Assembly: GCA_910584835.1 (NCBI GenBank)
Contig: CAJUEG010000005.1
Location: 113 to 64,112 of the forward strand
DNA: 64,000 bases
From: an uncultured Oscillospiraceae bacterium
GTDB lineage: Bacteria; Bacillota; Clostridia; Oscillospirales; Oscillospiraceae
Direction of reading: 5' to 3'
Shown: positions 11,301 through 20,143 of the stretch, piece by piece
Layout: the number at the start of each line of letters is the position of its first letter
Position numbering within the stretch: the stretch's first letter is position 1
Translations under genes and position numbers: made by a program
The notes under the pieces: generated by a model
The model's database searches: none
What the model saw: only the letters and a program-made list of their open reading frames with translations
Told to the model about the DNA's origin: nothing

Positions 11301-13512
11301 CATCCGCTTCTCCCTGAACGAGGATGACTCCGATACGGTTTCCGAGACCAGGAATACCAATCTGCAGGGCCGGCTGGACCGGTGGCCGGACACCCCTCTG
11401 CGCGCCGGTACGGACTACATTTTCAGCGGCTGGTACACCAGCTCCTCCGGAGGCTCGCGGCTGAATTTTGACCACCGCTTTTACGGAGATACCAGGCTTT
11501 ACGCCCACTGGATTCAGCGCAGCAGCGCGGGGGCGGGCTATTGTGTCATTACCTTTGACGCAAACGGAGGTACCGGCAGCTCTGTTCTGATGACGGAGCA
11601 AAATGGACGGCTGGCGTTTCTGCCATACAATGATCCTGTCCTTGCCGGGTATACCTTTGCGGGCTGGTTCACCGGAAAGAGCGACGGCAGTGAAGTGACC
11701 ACCGCCACCGTTTTTACGGCGGACACCACCGTGTATGCTCATTGGACGGCGAACGGCGACACCCCCGGCCCCGATGATCCCGGGAAGTTTACCGTCACCT
11801 TTGACCCCAACGGCGGCACCGGCGGCGGAAGCATGACCACAGGGGAGGACGGAAAGCTTGCCGCGCTGCCGGGAAATCCGACCCGAGAGGGCTATGTGTT
11901 TGCGGGCTGGTTCACCGGGAAGAGCGACGGCAGTGAGGTGACTACCGCCACTGTCTTTGCGGCGGACACCACCGTGTATGCTCACTGGACGGCGAACGGC
12001 GACACCCCCGGCCCCGATGATCCCGGGAAGTTTACCGTCACCTTTGACCCCAACGGCGGCACCGGCGGCGGAAGCATGACCACAGGGGAGGACGGAAAGC
12101 TTGCCGCGCTGCCGGGAAATCCGACCCGAGAGGGCTATGTGTTTGCGGGCTGGTTCACCGGGAAGAGCGACGGCAGTGAGGTGACTACCGCCACTGTCTT
12201 TGCGGCGGACACCACCGTGTATGCTCACTGGACGGCGAACGGCGAGACCCCCGGTCCCGACGATCCCGGAAAGTTTACCGTCATCTTTGATGCCAACGGC
12301 GGCACCGGCGGCGGAAGCATGACTACAGGTACGGACGGAAAGCTCACCGCGCTGCCGGGAAATCCGACCAGAGAGGGCTATGTGTTTGCGGGCTGGTTCA
12401 CCGGGAAGAGCGATGGGGGTGAAGTAACCGCCGCCACTGTCTTTACAGCGAACATCACCGTGTACGCTCACTGGACGGCAAACGGCGACACCCCCGGCCC
12501 CGACGATCCGGGGAAGTTTACCGTCACCTTTGATCCCAACGGCGGCGCCGGCGGCGGAAGCATGACTACAGGTACGGACGGAAAGCTCGCCGCCCTGCCG
12601 GCCAACCCTGTCCGCGGAGGCTATGTCTTTGACGGCTGGTACACCGCCCGGCTTGGCGGCACGAGGATCGGCACCGGCACCGTCTTTACGGAGAACACCA
12701 CCGTCTATGCCCATTGGAACAGGGAAGCGGATGCCGGTATCTATTATCGAATCTATACGCCGTATCGCGCCCCCGGCGGCAGCTTCTATGTGAGCCATGC
12801 CACCGCAGCAGCGGGTACCCGTGTCACCATCGAGCTCAGTCCCTGGAGCGGTTACGAGCTGGATTGGTTGCTGGTAACCGACCTTGTTACCGGGCAGGAT
12901 ATGCGCCTGACCTGGCACAACAGCAATGAATACAGCTTTATCATGCCTGCCGGCGACGTGGAGGTGGGAATCACCTTTGCGGTCAGGTATACCGGCGGTT
13001 TCAATGGCACCGATGGTTCTTATAGTGTTCCGAATTCTGTCCCAACAAGTACAAAGCCCATCCGATGGTATTATAGCAACGGTGCCATCTACCACGTCAC
13101 AGACGGTCTTGTTCCTGCCGATGCCTTGCTTACCAGGGATATGCTCATCTCAATTCTCTACAACCTGGACAGCGCCAGCACAGGTAAGCCGGAATCCTGG
13201 GCCATCGATCATTCCATTGTCCCCGACGTCTACGAGAGCTTGCTCTGGGGTGTTGATAAGCCGGTAAGCCGTGAACAGGCCGTAGTGATTCTCTTTAGCT
13301 ACGCGCAGTATAAAAACTACAGCACCTTTGAGCGGGCGGACCTTACCGGTTATGCCGACTACGGTCTGATTCGGCCCATAGCGCGGCCTGCCATGTCCTG
13401 GGCCCGGGCCGCCGGACTGATAGCAGGAACCTCTGCCGGTACGCTCTCGCCCCGGAACAACCTGACATGCGGACAGGCAAGCATTATTCTTTCGCGTTTT
13501 ACAGGCAAATGA
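8362..13512 (+). CDS. Surface protein: BspA-type LRRs, InlB B-repeats, C-terminal SLH-like domain
   Basis: Signal peptide; SIGxxAFxxC repeats; TFDxNGG...PTREGYVFAGW...TVYAHW repeats; SREQAVVIL / TLSPRNNLTCGQ. Confidence 0.9.
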   Translation: MKHRGVLAALALCLMLALLPGNARAAETDSKWGGIVTWSYNESTKTLTVSGAGPMPDGPPPCDDLYAVQALVIDSGVTTISAKSFEYCSNLKEVTIPASVVSIGDEAFQSCGKLAQVTIPGDGVSIGDSAFDYCQALTSAVFSGSVDSIGDNAFNYCKSLSSLIFENDVGSIGQNAFYSCDALTDIVFQGKVGPIGQAAFSYCRELNDIAFSNDVESIGSEAFSCCSKLTDVAINGSVGRIGESAFYGCDALTSVMISGNAASIGNNAFEGLENLTKFHVGGTLGSIGTYAFYDCTGLTEFPAVDGGMTGPIAIYAFAGCTGFHRIMLPEGVTIIGAASLYSCSNLTAVWIPDSVTRIVDGAFDSWTLKDIYYGGTEEQWKSVEGYDDVQNDGLPVIHYGCKREFPETAAGDNETLRRLVQNGIGAGLTEIELTGDIDLGSATLPIQDRCNLVLDLKGHRITSSADPAITVVGSLTVKDSTEKSSPAVGQDNRVSYACDGIISSTGLSREVIDVQFGGSFTLLGGTVSGNSSDIAIRVTGAPSEDSNPDGMETTVDIDGGYVEAGGPAISVSGVSGYVRANGGVMLSRGAAVILSPETSAENNTRISVSGGTLINKRTGQLSCGIYQPQNGSVSIYSGRIIVENGIGVLVRGEGRLSVWWYRSQKLPPEITAGGSGTGIIGSSDLELSAGKKIVLDHKSGYPQSDRMSYELSTSLNSLALEFQAEALAADGYELKREDRFTDRIRYTFGPIVTYQITFDSNGGTAVTPGTMETDTSGRIAQLPAEPVREGYVFRGWSTEKDDLAYRVGTGSQLRRDTTLYALWTPNGAHIISVYYCNDSGVEYFIGYRVTGTDGVLSDWPSRDTIHGPIVGWFTNPAGGEEYSEDHVFTGDTNVYGHRTPDTPPPYDIAFDPNGGSGSAVTITTDEKGRLDSWPAEPTRDGYVFMGWGRWPSGSYLVGQKETFFRSETLYAQWMQEGGYVIRFSLNEDDSDTVSETRNTNLQGRLDRWPDTPLRAGTDYIFSGWYTSSSGGSRLNFDHRFYGDTRLYAHWIQRSSAGAGYCVITFDANGGTGSSVLMTEQNGRLAFLPYNDPVLAGYTFAGWFTGKSDGSEVTTATVFTADTTVYAHWTANGDTPGPDDPGKFTVTFDPNGGTGGGSMTTGEDGKLAALPGNPTREGYVFAGWFTGKSDGSEVTTATVFAADTTVYAHWTANGDTPGPDDPGKFTVTFDPNGGTGGGSMTTGEDGKLAALPGNPTREGYVFAGWFTGKSDGSEVTTATVFAADTTVYAHWTANGETPGPDDPGKFTVIFDANGGTGGGSMTTGTDGKLTALPGNPTREGYVFAGWFTGKSDGGEVTAATVFTANITVYAHWTANGDTPGPDDPGKFTVTFDPNGGAGGGSMTTGTDGKLAALPANPVRGGYVFDGWYTARLGGTRIGTGTVFTENTTVYAHWNREADAGIYYRIYTPYRAPGGSFYVSHATAAAGTRVTIELSPWSGYELDWLLVTDLVTGQDMRLTWHNSNEYSFIMPAGDVEVGITFAVRYTGGFNGTDGSYSVPNSVPTSTKPIRWYYSNGAIYHVTDGLVPADALLTRDMLISILYNLDSASTGKPESWAIDHSIVPDVYESLLWGVDKPVSREQAVVILFSYAQYKNYSTFERADLTGYADYGLIRPIARPAMSWARAAGLIAGTSAGTLSPRNNLTCGQASIILSRFTGK
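11782..12720 (+). repeat. 243-bp (81-aa) near-identical tandem repeats, about 4 units
   Basis: GGxAAGTTTACCGTCA recurs at 11782, 12025, 12268, 12511. Confidence 0.9.
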
Positions 13513-13632
13513 GGGATAATCGCGGCAGAGGATTATGCGGTTACGTTTCGGTTCCTGCATGACGGATAATATCCGGCAAAAACAGGGACAGATGATGCGT
13601 AAAAACTTCTTAAAAAGAGGTTCGCTGCGGGG

Positions 13633-13671
13633 AAAAGCCCCCGCCCGGGTTCATCCTGGGCGGGGGCTTTT
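13633..13671. terminator. Bidirectional terminator between the surface protein gene and the sigK 3' half
   Basis: AAAAGCCCCCGCCC...GGGCGGGGGCTTTT. Confidence 0.8.
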
Positions 13672-13727
13672 ATAGCGGAAAATTGTGGTTCAATGTCCCG
13701 GCCGGCAATGGGCCGGGGCGCTTGATG

Positions 13728-14084
13728 TCAAGGCTTTTCATATTCGACCCGCAGCTTTTCCAAGGCTTTTTTTTCGATGCGGGACACATAGCTTCGGGAA
13801 ATCCCACACAGCGATGCGATTTCTCGCTGGGTGAGGGGAGGCTGGCCGCCCAGACCGTAGCGCAGGCGAATAATTTGGGCTTCCCGCCCGGTGAGGCAGG
13901 CGCTTACGCACCGGCGTACCTTGGCGCAGGCGTCCCGCAGGTCCAGCTCCTCCAGCATGTTGTCGTCCACCCGCACCACGTCGATGAGAGAGAGGGAGCC
14001 GTTTTCTGTTTCACTATCCAGCGAGTCGGAGAGAGACAGCTCACCCTGGAGCTTGCGCTGAGAGCGAAAATACATCAGTATCTC
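13728..14084 (-). CDS. sigK: RNA polymerase sporulation sigma factor SigK, 3' half (118 aa)
   Basis: EILMYFRSQRK...LTQREIASLCGISRSYVSRIEKKALEKL; no own start or RBS; joins the 5' half at AAAT. Confidence 0.95.
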   Translation of the reverse strand, partial: EILMYFRSQRKLQGELSLSDSLDSETENGSLSLIDVVRVDDNMLEELDLRDACAKVRRCVSACLTGREAQIIRLRYGLGGQPPLTQREIASLCGISRSYVSRIEKKALEKLRVEYEKP

Positions 14085-15852
14085 ATTTGCTATTCACTTC
14101 TAACGGCTCTATATCGCCCCTTTCTGCCGATTTTTCAAAATTTTCGGTATTTTTACACGATGTTACAGCGTTCCCCATGCCAACGGGGATTTCCGGGAAC
14201 TCAAACGCATACTCTGAGCCAAACAGGATGATGTGGGCTTGTGTCCCGTCCCATACGATCTCCTTGACGAAGGTGCGGATAGCCGCGCGTTTCTGTTCTA
14301 TCGTCATTCCGTCTACGCTGTCTTTAAAGGAGGCAAGGAGCTGTGCCAGCAGATCATACTCAATATCGGCCAAGGTATGGCTGGCGGTCAGTTCTTTGAG
14401 TTCGTCCAAATGCCGCTTTAAGGTTTCACCTTTGTCGTGGAGTTCATCGATCTGTTTTACAATGTAGGCTTCTGCGGAGGTGCCGGACGCTTTGCTTAAC
14501 GTAGATACCAGCCCTTTGATCTCGTCCTCGTTGGCGGTGATATCAGCTTCAATTTTGGCAAGCTGCTCGTCATAGCTCTGGCGATTACCTGTCAGCACCT
14601 TTTTACTGTGTTCAAGCTGCTGAAGGAAGTCGGAACCGTCCTCGCTCAATAACTTTAGCTGTTCTATGACGTTCGCGTCCATAATATTGCCGTTGCAATT
14701 CTTGATATTGCACACATGGCCCCGGCTCCGTTCTTTCATGGAACACAGATAGGTATAAATCGTTTCCCCTTTGGCGTTCAGCCGCTGGGAGGCTTTGGGG
14801 CGCATAAAATCGCCGCAGTTGCCGCAGATCAAGAGGCCGGAGAGCAGGGCAACATTGCTTCTGGGCTTGCGATAGCTCTTTGACCTGTTTTGTTCCAAAA
14901 GCTGCTGAACCTTTACCCAGGCTTTGCCGTCGATGGTTCCTGGGTGCTTTCCCACTGATACGATCCATTCGTCCATGGGCTTGACCTGGTTGGCCTTGCC
15001 TTGTTGCTGTAAGGTACGGTTGTAGGCCATAATGCCATGTATGCCGTCAAAATCGCTTTTCTCGGAAAACAGGTCTACGTTGTTTTCCGTCAGGTATTGA
15101 TAGGCGGCATCATCCGCAATCAGATAGACGGGGTTGGAGAGGATATTTTTGAGGGCAAAGCGCGTAAAGTCTTTCCCATTTTTGGTTGTGAATCCATTTT
15201 GCAATAGAAAGGTTTCTGTTTTGGTCAAAGAGTTGGTTTCCAGGAACTTTTCAAAGATCAGCTTTATCATGCTGATTTCTTCTGGGATGGGCTTCAGCTT
15301 ACAGGCTTTACGGGTTTTGCCATCTATCGTTACGTGGGAAATACTTTCCGAGGCATAGCCGGTAGGGGTCACGCCGCCCAGCCAGCGCCCGGTTTTAGAC
15401 AGCTCGTGCATATTATCCCGGATACGCTCGGCTATGGTTTCCCGTTCCAACTGGGAAAAGACCGAGGAAATATACATCATGGCCCGGCCCATGGGGGAGG
15501 ACGTGTCGAACTGCTCTTTGATGGAGATGAAGTCGATTTTCATTTGATTGAACTGCTCAATCAATTTTGCAAAGTCTCCAATATTGCGGCTGATCCGATC
15601 CAAGCGGTAGACTACGATGGCCCGAAAGCTATGCTCCTGGGCATCGGCCATCATCTTCTTAAACTTTGGGCGTTCCAGGGAACCCCCAGAGAAACCTTCA
15701 TCTTCATAGACCAAGGCATCATCGGCGGCGGAGTTTCCAAACTGCATACGGATGTACTGCTTGCACATTTCAATTTGGTTTTCAATGCTTTCTCCTTTCC
15801 CTGTAAATTTGGATTTGCGGGAGTAGATCACGAATTGTCCGTCGTTTTTCAT
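14083..15852 (-). CDS. Large serine recombinase (SpoIVCA/CD1231-like), 589 aa
   Basis: RBS GAGGTGA then ATG at 15852; IYSRKS catalytic Ser; DEGFSG; YRLDRISRN; QLERETIAERIRDN; CGNCG...YLC Zn ribbon. Confidence 0.95.
   Translation of the reverse strand: MKNDGQFVIYSRKSKFTGKGESIENQIEMCKQYIRMQFGNSAADDALVYEDEGFSGGSLERPKFKKMMADAQEHSFRAIVVYRLDRISRNIGDFAKLIEQFNQMKIDFISIKEQFDTSSPMGRAMMYISSVFSQLERETIAERIRDNMHELSKTGRWLGGVTPTGYASESISHVTIDGKTRKACKLKPIPEEISMIKLIFEKFLETNSLTKTETFLLQNGFTTKNGKDFTRFALKNILSNPVYLIADDAAYQYLTENNVDLFSEKSDFDGIHGIMAYNRTLQQQGKANQVKPMDEWIVSVGKHPGTIDGKAWVKVQQLLEQNRSKSYRKPRSNVALLSGLLICGNCGDFMRPKASQRLNAKGETIYTYLCSMKERSRGHVCNIKNCNGNIMDANVIEQLKLLSEDGSDFLQQLEHSKKVLTGNRQSYDEQLAKIEADITANEDEIKGLVSTLSKASGTSAEAYIVKQIDELHDKGETLKRHLDELKELTASHTLADIEYDLLAQLLASFKDSVDGMTIEQKRAAIRTFVKEIVWDGTQAHIILFGSEYAFEFPEIPVGMGNAVTSCKNTENFEKSAERGDIEPLEVNSK
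14085..14109. other. Left att junction (core plus inverted-repeat arm)
   Basis: ATTT-G-CTATTCACTtctAACGGCTC; arm is a 17/20 inverted match to the right-end arm. Confidence 0.9.
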
Positions 15853-15886
15853 TTGCGTCACCTCATTATGTTATATATTTTGAAGT

Positions 15887-15915
15887 ATTATATCATAGCG
15901 TCTACAATCCATCAA
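15887..15915 (-). promoter_or_regulatory. SigA-type promoter of the recombinase, extended -10
   Basis: TTGATG-N17-TATAAT with TGn before the -10. Confidence 0.65.
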
Positions 15916-16010
15916 TGGGAAGGGGAGAGTTTGTCAAGAGTTTTGATAGAGATATTTCAACAAATTTCCCATATTTCAATAATATTATAACATTTTTCAG
16001 CAAGATATGC

Positions 16011-16042
16011 AAAAAACGCGATGTGAACCATCGCGTTTTTTT
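16011..16042 (+). terminator. Terminator/attenuator-like hairpin just upstream of the repA RBS
   Basis: AAAAAACGCGATG-tgaac-CATCGCGTTTTTT. Confidence 0.55.
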
Positions 16043-16066
16043 CTTACCCCAAAGGAGGGCCTGCCT

Positions 16067-17011
16067 ATGCCGGAAGTCACTATATCCGATTATTTTTACG
16101 GCGCTGAATCAGAAGAATTTATCTATTTCAAAATTCCCCGCCTGCTGATCACGGACGAGAAATTCAAGCACGTTTCCACAGACGCCAAACTTCTTTATGG
16201 TATGCTGCTGGACCGCATGGGCCTGTCCGCGAAAAACAACTGGTACGACGACTGCGGGCGCGTCTATATCTACTACACCGTAGACGAGATATGCGAGGAT
16301 ATGTGCTGCGGACGGGACAAGGCCATGAAGCTGCTGGCCGAGCTGGACAAGAAGAAAGGGATCGGTTTGGTGGAGCGTGTCAAGCAGGGCCAGGGCCGCC
16401 CCACCAAGCTCTATGTCAAGCGGTTCACCACCCGGACAGCGCCCTCGAAACCCGTGGCTTCCCCTCCAGATAATTTCACGCCCTGCCCAGACGTCGAAAA
16501 AAACCACCCCAAGACGTCGGAAAAATCGACCTCAAGACGTCGGAAAAAACCACCTCAAGAGGTCGAAAAAACCGACCCTAATCATACTGAGGGAAATCAG
16601 CCTGACTTTAACCACCTTGATTCATCCATCCCTCCCCCCAAGCCCCCCGGCGCTGTCATGGGGATGGATCGATACGAATTGAGGGAGGAAGTCAAAGTAA
16701 ATATTGATTTTGAAGGCCTACAGCGGGCCCACCCCTATGACGATGTGGAGAGCCTTTTGGAGTTGGTAGTGGACGTGCTGGGCAGCACCGCCCCCACCCT
16801 GCGGATTGCTGGCGAAGCATTGCCAGCGGGCACAGTGAAGCAGCGGTTCCGAAAGCTGGACAGCACCCACATTGAGTACATCATTGAGGCCATGAGCCAG
16901 ACCACCACAAAAATAAACAATATCCGGGCCTATCTTCTCACGGCGCTTTACAACGCGCCGGTGACGATGGGCCCTTACTATTCCGCCGCCGTGCGGCATG
17001 ACTTTGGCTGA
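16067..17011 (+). CDS. repA: Replication initiator protein A (RepA_N with C-terminal helical domain)
   Basis: FIYFKIPRLL...AKLLYGMLLDRMGLS..NNW.D..GRVYIYY; INNIRAYLLTALYNAP; RBS AAGGAGG. Confidence 0.88.
   Translation: MPEVTISDYFYGAESEEFIYFKIPRLLITDEKFKHVSTDAKLLYGMLLDRMGLSAKNNWYDDCGRVYIYYTVDEICEDMCCGRDKAMKLLAELDKKKGIGLVERVKQGQGRPTKLYVKRFTTRTAPSKPVASPPDNFTPCPDVEKNHPKTSEKSTSRRRKKPPQEVEKTDPNHTEGNQPDFNHLDSSIPPPKPPGAVMGMDRYELREEVKVNIDFEGLQRAHPYDDVESLLELVVDVLGSTAPTLRIAGEALPAGTVKQRFRKLDSTHIEYIIEAMSQTTTKINNIRAYLLTALYNAPVTMGPYYSAAVRHDFG
16487..16578 (+). repeat. Four 23-bp iteron-like repeats inside repA (candidate oriV)
   Basis: AGA(C/G)GTCG at 16489, 16512, 16535, 16558. Confidence 0.75.
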
Positions 17012-17125
17012 AATAAATCTCACCATGAGACACATTTGCAGCCATAAGACCAACTTTGTGTTAAGAATTGTGTTTCACCATGAGACACGATTTTTAGCAA
17101 ATAAATCAAAAATGGAGGTAATTCA

Positions 17126-19447
17126 ATGGCAAACGAACCCAGCAAGACCCCGACCCCCCAGCCCCAAGCCGTCCCGCTGTCCAAAATCCACGATCTGCCC
17201 GGCGTGGTGATCAGCAAGCAGCCGGACAAGAGCTACGGCGGCCTCGTCACCAGCATCCAGGCGGGCGGCGTGAAGGAGCCGGTGGTGCTCCGTCTGCGGG
17301 AGGACGGCGAATACCAGCTTGTCACCGGCTACCGCCGCCGCAGGGCGTGTGAGCTGGCAAAGCTGAAGGACATCCCCGCCCTGGTGTATGAGATGTCCAT
17401 GCCGTCGGCGCTGAACTATCACCGTCAGGTGAAGAACCAGCCCGGCATCCCGATCCCCGGCAAGCCGGTGCTGCCTGCCGCCCCGGACAAAAATGGGCCG
17501 ACAGCCGACGTCAAGGGGCCGGAAAATCCGACCACCCCCGCCGCCGCTGATAAGGCCAAGGACGGGGACAAGCCCGCCCAGGAGCCCAAACCCGCCGCCG
17601 ACCAGGGCCAGGGGAAGCCTGCCGAGGGGAAAAACCCGGCGCAGGGCCCCGCCCCCGCCGCCGCTGACAAGGCCGAGGACAGGGCCAAGCCTGTCCAGGA
17701 GCCCAAGCCCGCCGCTGCCCAGGGTGAGCAGAAGCCTGCCGAGGGGAAAGACCCGGTGCAGGCTCCCGCCGCCGCTGACAAGGCCAAGGACGGGGACAAG
17801 CCCGCCCAGGAGCCCAAGCCCGCCGCCGACCAGGGCCAGCAGAAGCCCATCGAAGGGAAGGACCCGGCGCAGGCCCCCGCCCCCGCCGCCGCTGACAAGG
17901 CCAAGGATGGGGCCAAGCCCGCCCAGGAGCCCAAGCCCGCCGCCGACCAGGGCCAGCAGAAGCCCATCGAAGGGAAGGACCCGGCGCAGGCCGACGCCCC
18001 CGCCGCCGCTGACAAGGCCAAGGACGGGGCCAAGCCTGCCCAGGAGCCCAAGCCCGCCGCTGCCCAGGGTGAGCAGAAGCCTGCCGAGGGGAAAGACCCG
18101 GCGCAGACTCCCGCCCCCGCCGCTGCTGACAAGACCAAGGATGGGGCCAAGCCCGCCCAGGAGCCCAAGCCCGCCGCCCAGGATCAGGAGAAACCCGCCC
18201 AGGCCCCCGCTGTCACCGGCACCGCAGCCAAGGGCCCCATCGGCACAGCCATCTCCCAGGTGCTTCCGGATCGGCTTTCGCCCCCGGACGAGGCGGCCAG
18301 GAAGGATTTTCCCGCGCCCAAGGAAAGTGAATCCTTTTCCGTGGTGCTCCATCCGGCCTACCTGGAAAAATCCGACTACAACACCGTATCGGTGGACACC
18401 AAGAGCGAGGACTATGCTGAGCTGAAAAAGTCCATCGAGCTCAACGGCGTGAAGGACCCGGTACTGGCCCGGATCGGGGAAAAGGGCACCCTGGAGATCA
18501 TTTCCGGCCAGCGCCGCCACATGATCGCCACGGAGCTGAACTACCCCGTCCCCACCATTATCCAGAAAATTTCCGACGCCGACGCCAAAATCCTGGTGGC
18601 GGACGGCAACCTCCACCGGCCCAAAATTTCCACCTACGATCTGTCCCGCACCCTGCGGATGAAGATGGAGGGCATGAAGCAGAAGGCGGGCCGCCGCAAA
18701 AAGGGCAGTTTCAAAGCCGAGGAACTTTATAGTGATGTGAAGCTGGCCCAGGAGATGGGTATGCCGGTCAGCAAGCTCAACCGCCTTGTCCGGCTGTCCG
18801 AGGCCACCAAGGATGTGTGTGACCGGGTGGACGATGGTTCCCTCACCCTGTCCGTCGCGTCGGCCCTGTCCTTCTTGAAGCCGGGAAACCAGGATGGCGT
18901 ACTCCATCTGCTGGATTTGGGCTATAAAGTGCCTGCGGAACGGGTGGAATACATGAAGAAGGTGGAAAAGGAGGGCAAGCTGAACGATCAGTCCATGCGG
19001 GATGTGTTGGACGGCAAAAACGTGCTGGACCCGCCCCAGGAGACGGCGGCCCACGCGCCCGAACCCACCCAGGCCAGCGCCCCCGCCGCGTCCGCCATCC
19101 CCCCGTCCCCGGACGTGGGCCACTCCACCCCGGCGCCGGACGCCCCCGCCGCCGGACAGCCCGGACAGGCCCCGGAAGGGGCTGAGCCCGCTGTCCCTGA
19201 TGGCCCGTCCGCTCCCGCGCCCCAGGCCCAGGAAGGCCAGGAGCCCGTTGACGGCAGACAGGATCGGCCCGAGTACACGAAGGTGGTTTTGGCTGGGGAT
19301 CGCCTGCGCAAATATTTTCCGGACGTGATGATGACGCCCCGGGAGATCGAGGAAAGCATCTACGAGGCCCTGGAGGAGCGCCGCCAGCGCCAGCAGAAGG
19401 AGAATGAAAGGCTGACGATCTTCCCCAAGCGGGGGCCGAAGCATTAA
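17126..19447 (+). CDS. ParB/RepB/Spo0J family protein with two ParB domains and a repeat linker
   Basis: GVKEPVVLR...LVTGYRRRRA and GVKDPVLAR...ISGQRRH; about six ~40-aa AAADKAKDG.KPAQEPKP repeats; HTH-like LAQEMGMPVSKLNRLVRL. Confidence 0.8.
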   Translation: MANEPSKTPTPQPQAVPLSKIHDLPGVVISKQPDKSYGGLVTSIQAGGVKEPVVLRLREDGEYQLVTGYRRRRACELAKLKDIPALVYEMSMPSALNYHRQVKNQPGIPIPGKPVLPAAPDKNGPTADVKGPENPTTPAAADKAKDGDKPAQEPKPAADQGQGKPAEGKNPAQGPAPAAADKAEDRAKPVQEPKPAAAQGEQKPAEGKDPVQAPAAADKAKDGDKPAQEPKPAADQGQQKPIEGKDPAQAPAPAAADKAKDGAKPAQEPKPAADQGQQKPIEGKDPAQADAPAAADKAKDGAKPAQEPKPAAAQGEQKPAEGKDPAQTPAPAAADKTKDGAKPAQEPKPAAQDQEKPAQAPAVTGTAAKGPIGTAISQVLPDRLSPPDEAARKDFPAPKESESFSVVLHPAYLEKSDYNTVSVDTKSEDYAELKKSIELNGVKDPVLARIGEKGTLEIISGQRRHMIATELNYPVPTIIQKISDADAKILVADGNLHRPKISTYDLSRTLRMKMEGMKQKAGRRKKGSFKAEELYSDVKLAQEMGMPVSKLNRLVRLSEATKDVCDRVDDGSLTLSVASALSFLKPGNQDGVLHLLDLGYKVPAERVEYMKKVEKEGKLNDQSMRDVLDGKNVLDPPQETAAHAPEPTQASAPAASAIPPSPDVGHSTPAPDAPAAGQPGQAPEGAEPAVPDGPSAPAPQAQEGQEPVDGRQDRPEYTKVVLAGDRLRKYFPDVMMTPREIEESIYEALEERRQRQQKENERLTIFPKRGPKH

Positions 19448-20116
19448 ATGGTAGAGTTCACCGCCAATGTCGCCAATCTGGGCAAATACAATGCCGGGGT
19501 GCTGACCGATACCGCGCTTCCCTTTCCCACCACCAAAGAGCGGGTGAGGGCCGCCCTACAGAAAATCGGTGTGGACGGCCTGCGCTATGAGGAAATCATC
19601 ATTTTGGACTATTCCATCGGCGTCAAAGGGGTGGCACGGGCCCTGGGTGAGTTCACCCACATCGACGAGCTGAACTACCTTGCCAGCCGGTTGAATGAGC
19701 TTGACCCAGAAGAATTGATGAAATTTACCGCCGCCGTGGAGCATGGGGAGTACGCCAGCAGCGCGGAGGAATTGATCAACCTCACCTACAACCTGGATCA
19801 CTACGAACTCTATCCCGTCCAGAACGCGGAAGAATACGGCCTCTGGCTGGTGGATGAACTTATGGTATTGCAACTGCCGGAGCAGGCGCGGGATTACTTC
19901 GATTTTGAAGCCTACGGCGAGGCCACCGCCATCAACGAGGGCGGCACCTTCACCTCCCATGGGTATATGCTGGCTGGGCCTGAGCCCTTCCAAAAGGTGT
20001 ATGACGGCCAGCACATCCCGGAGCAGTACCAGGTGTTCCAGTACCCCGTCCGGCAAAAGATCACTGTGCCCCGTTCCCACAGGAGCCGGGACAGCCCCAG
20101 GCACAAGCGCCCTTGA
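19448..20116 (+). CDS. ardA: Antirestriction protein ArdA
   Basis: ANLGKYNAG; IDELNYLASRL; YFDFEAYG; G.FT..GY; acidic core. Confidence 0.85.
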   Translation: MVEFTANVANLGKYNAGVLTDTALPFPTTKERVRAALQKIGVDGLRYEEIIILDYSIGVKGVARALGEFTHIDELNYLASRLNELDPEELMKFTAAVEHGEYASSAEELINLTYNLDHYELYPVQNAEEYGLWLVDELMVLQLPEQARDYFDFEAYGEATAINEGGTFTSHGYMLAGPEPFQKVYDGQHIPEQYQVFQYPVRQKITVPRSHRSRDSPRHKRP

Positions 20117-20129
20117 GGGCGCTTTTTTT
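20105..20129 (+). terminator. Terminator-like hairpin
   Basis: AAGCGCCC-ttga-GGGCGCTTTTTTT. Confidence 0.6.
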
Positions 20130-20143
20130 GCGCCCGAAAGCGG

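Noticed and set aside
13728..14075. Stand-alone small sigma factor, or dead sigK pseudogene
   Set aside because: It is the in-frame-restorable 3' half of sigK, with intact att arms and recombinase.
17123..19444. 773-aa minus-strand ORF, and similar ones at 10513-13095, 29501-32263, 33644-35407, 41490-43193, 53734-55458
   Set aside because: Mirror frames of real high-GC genes, with no recognisable motifs or RBS.
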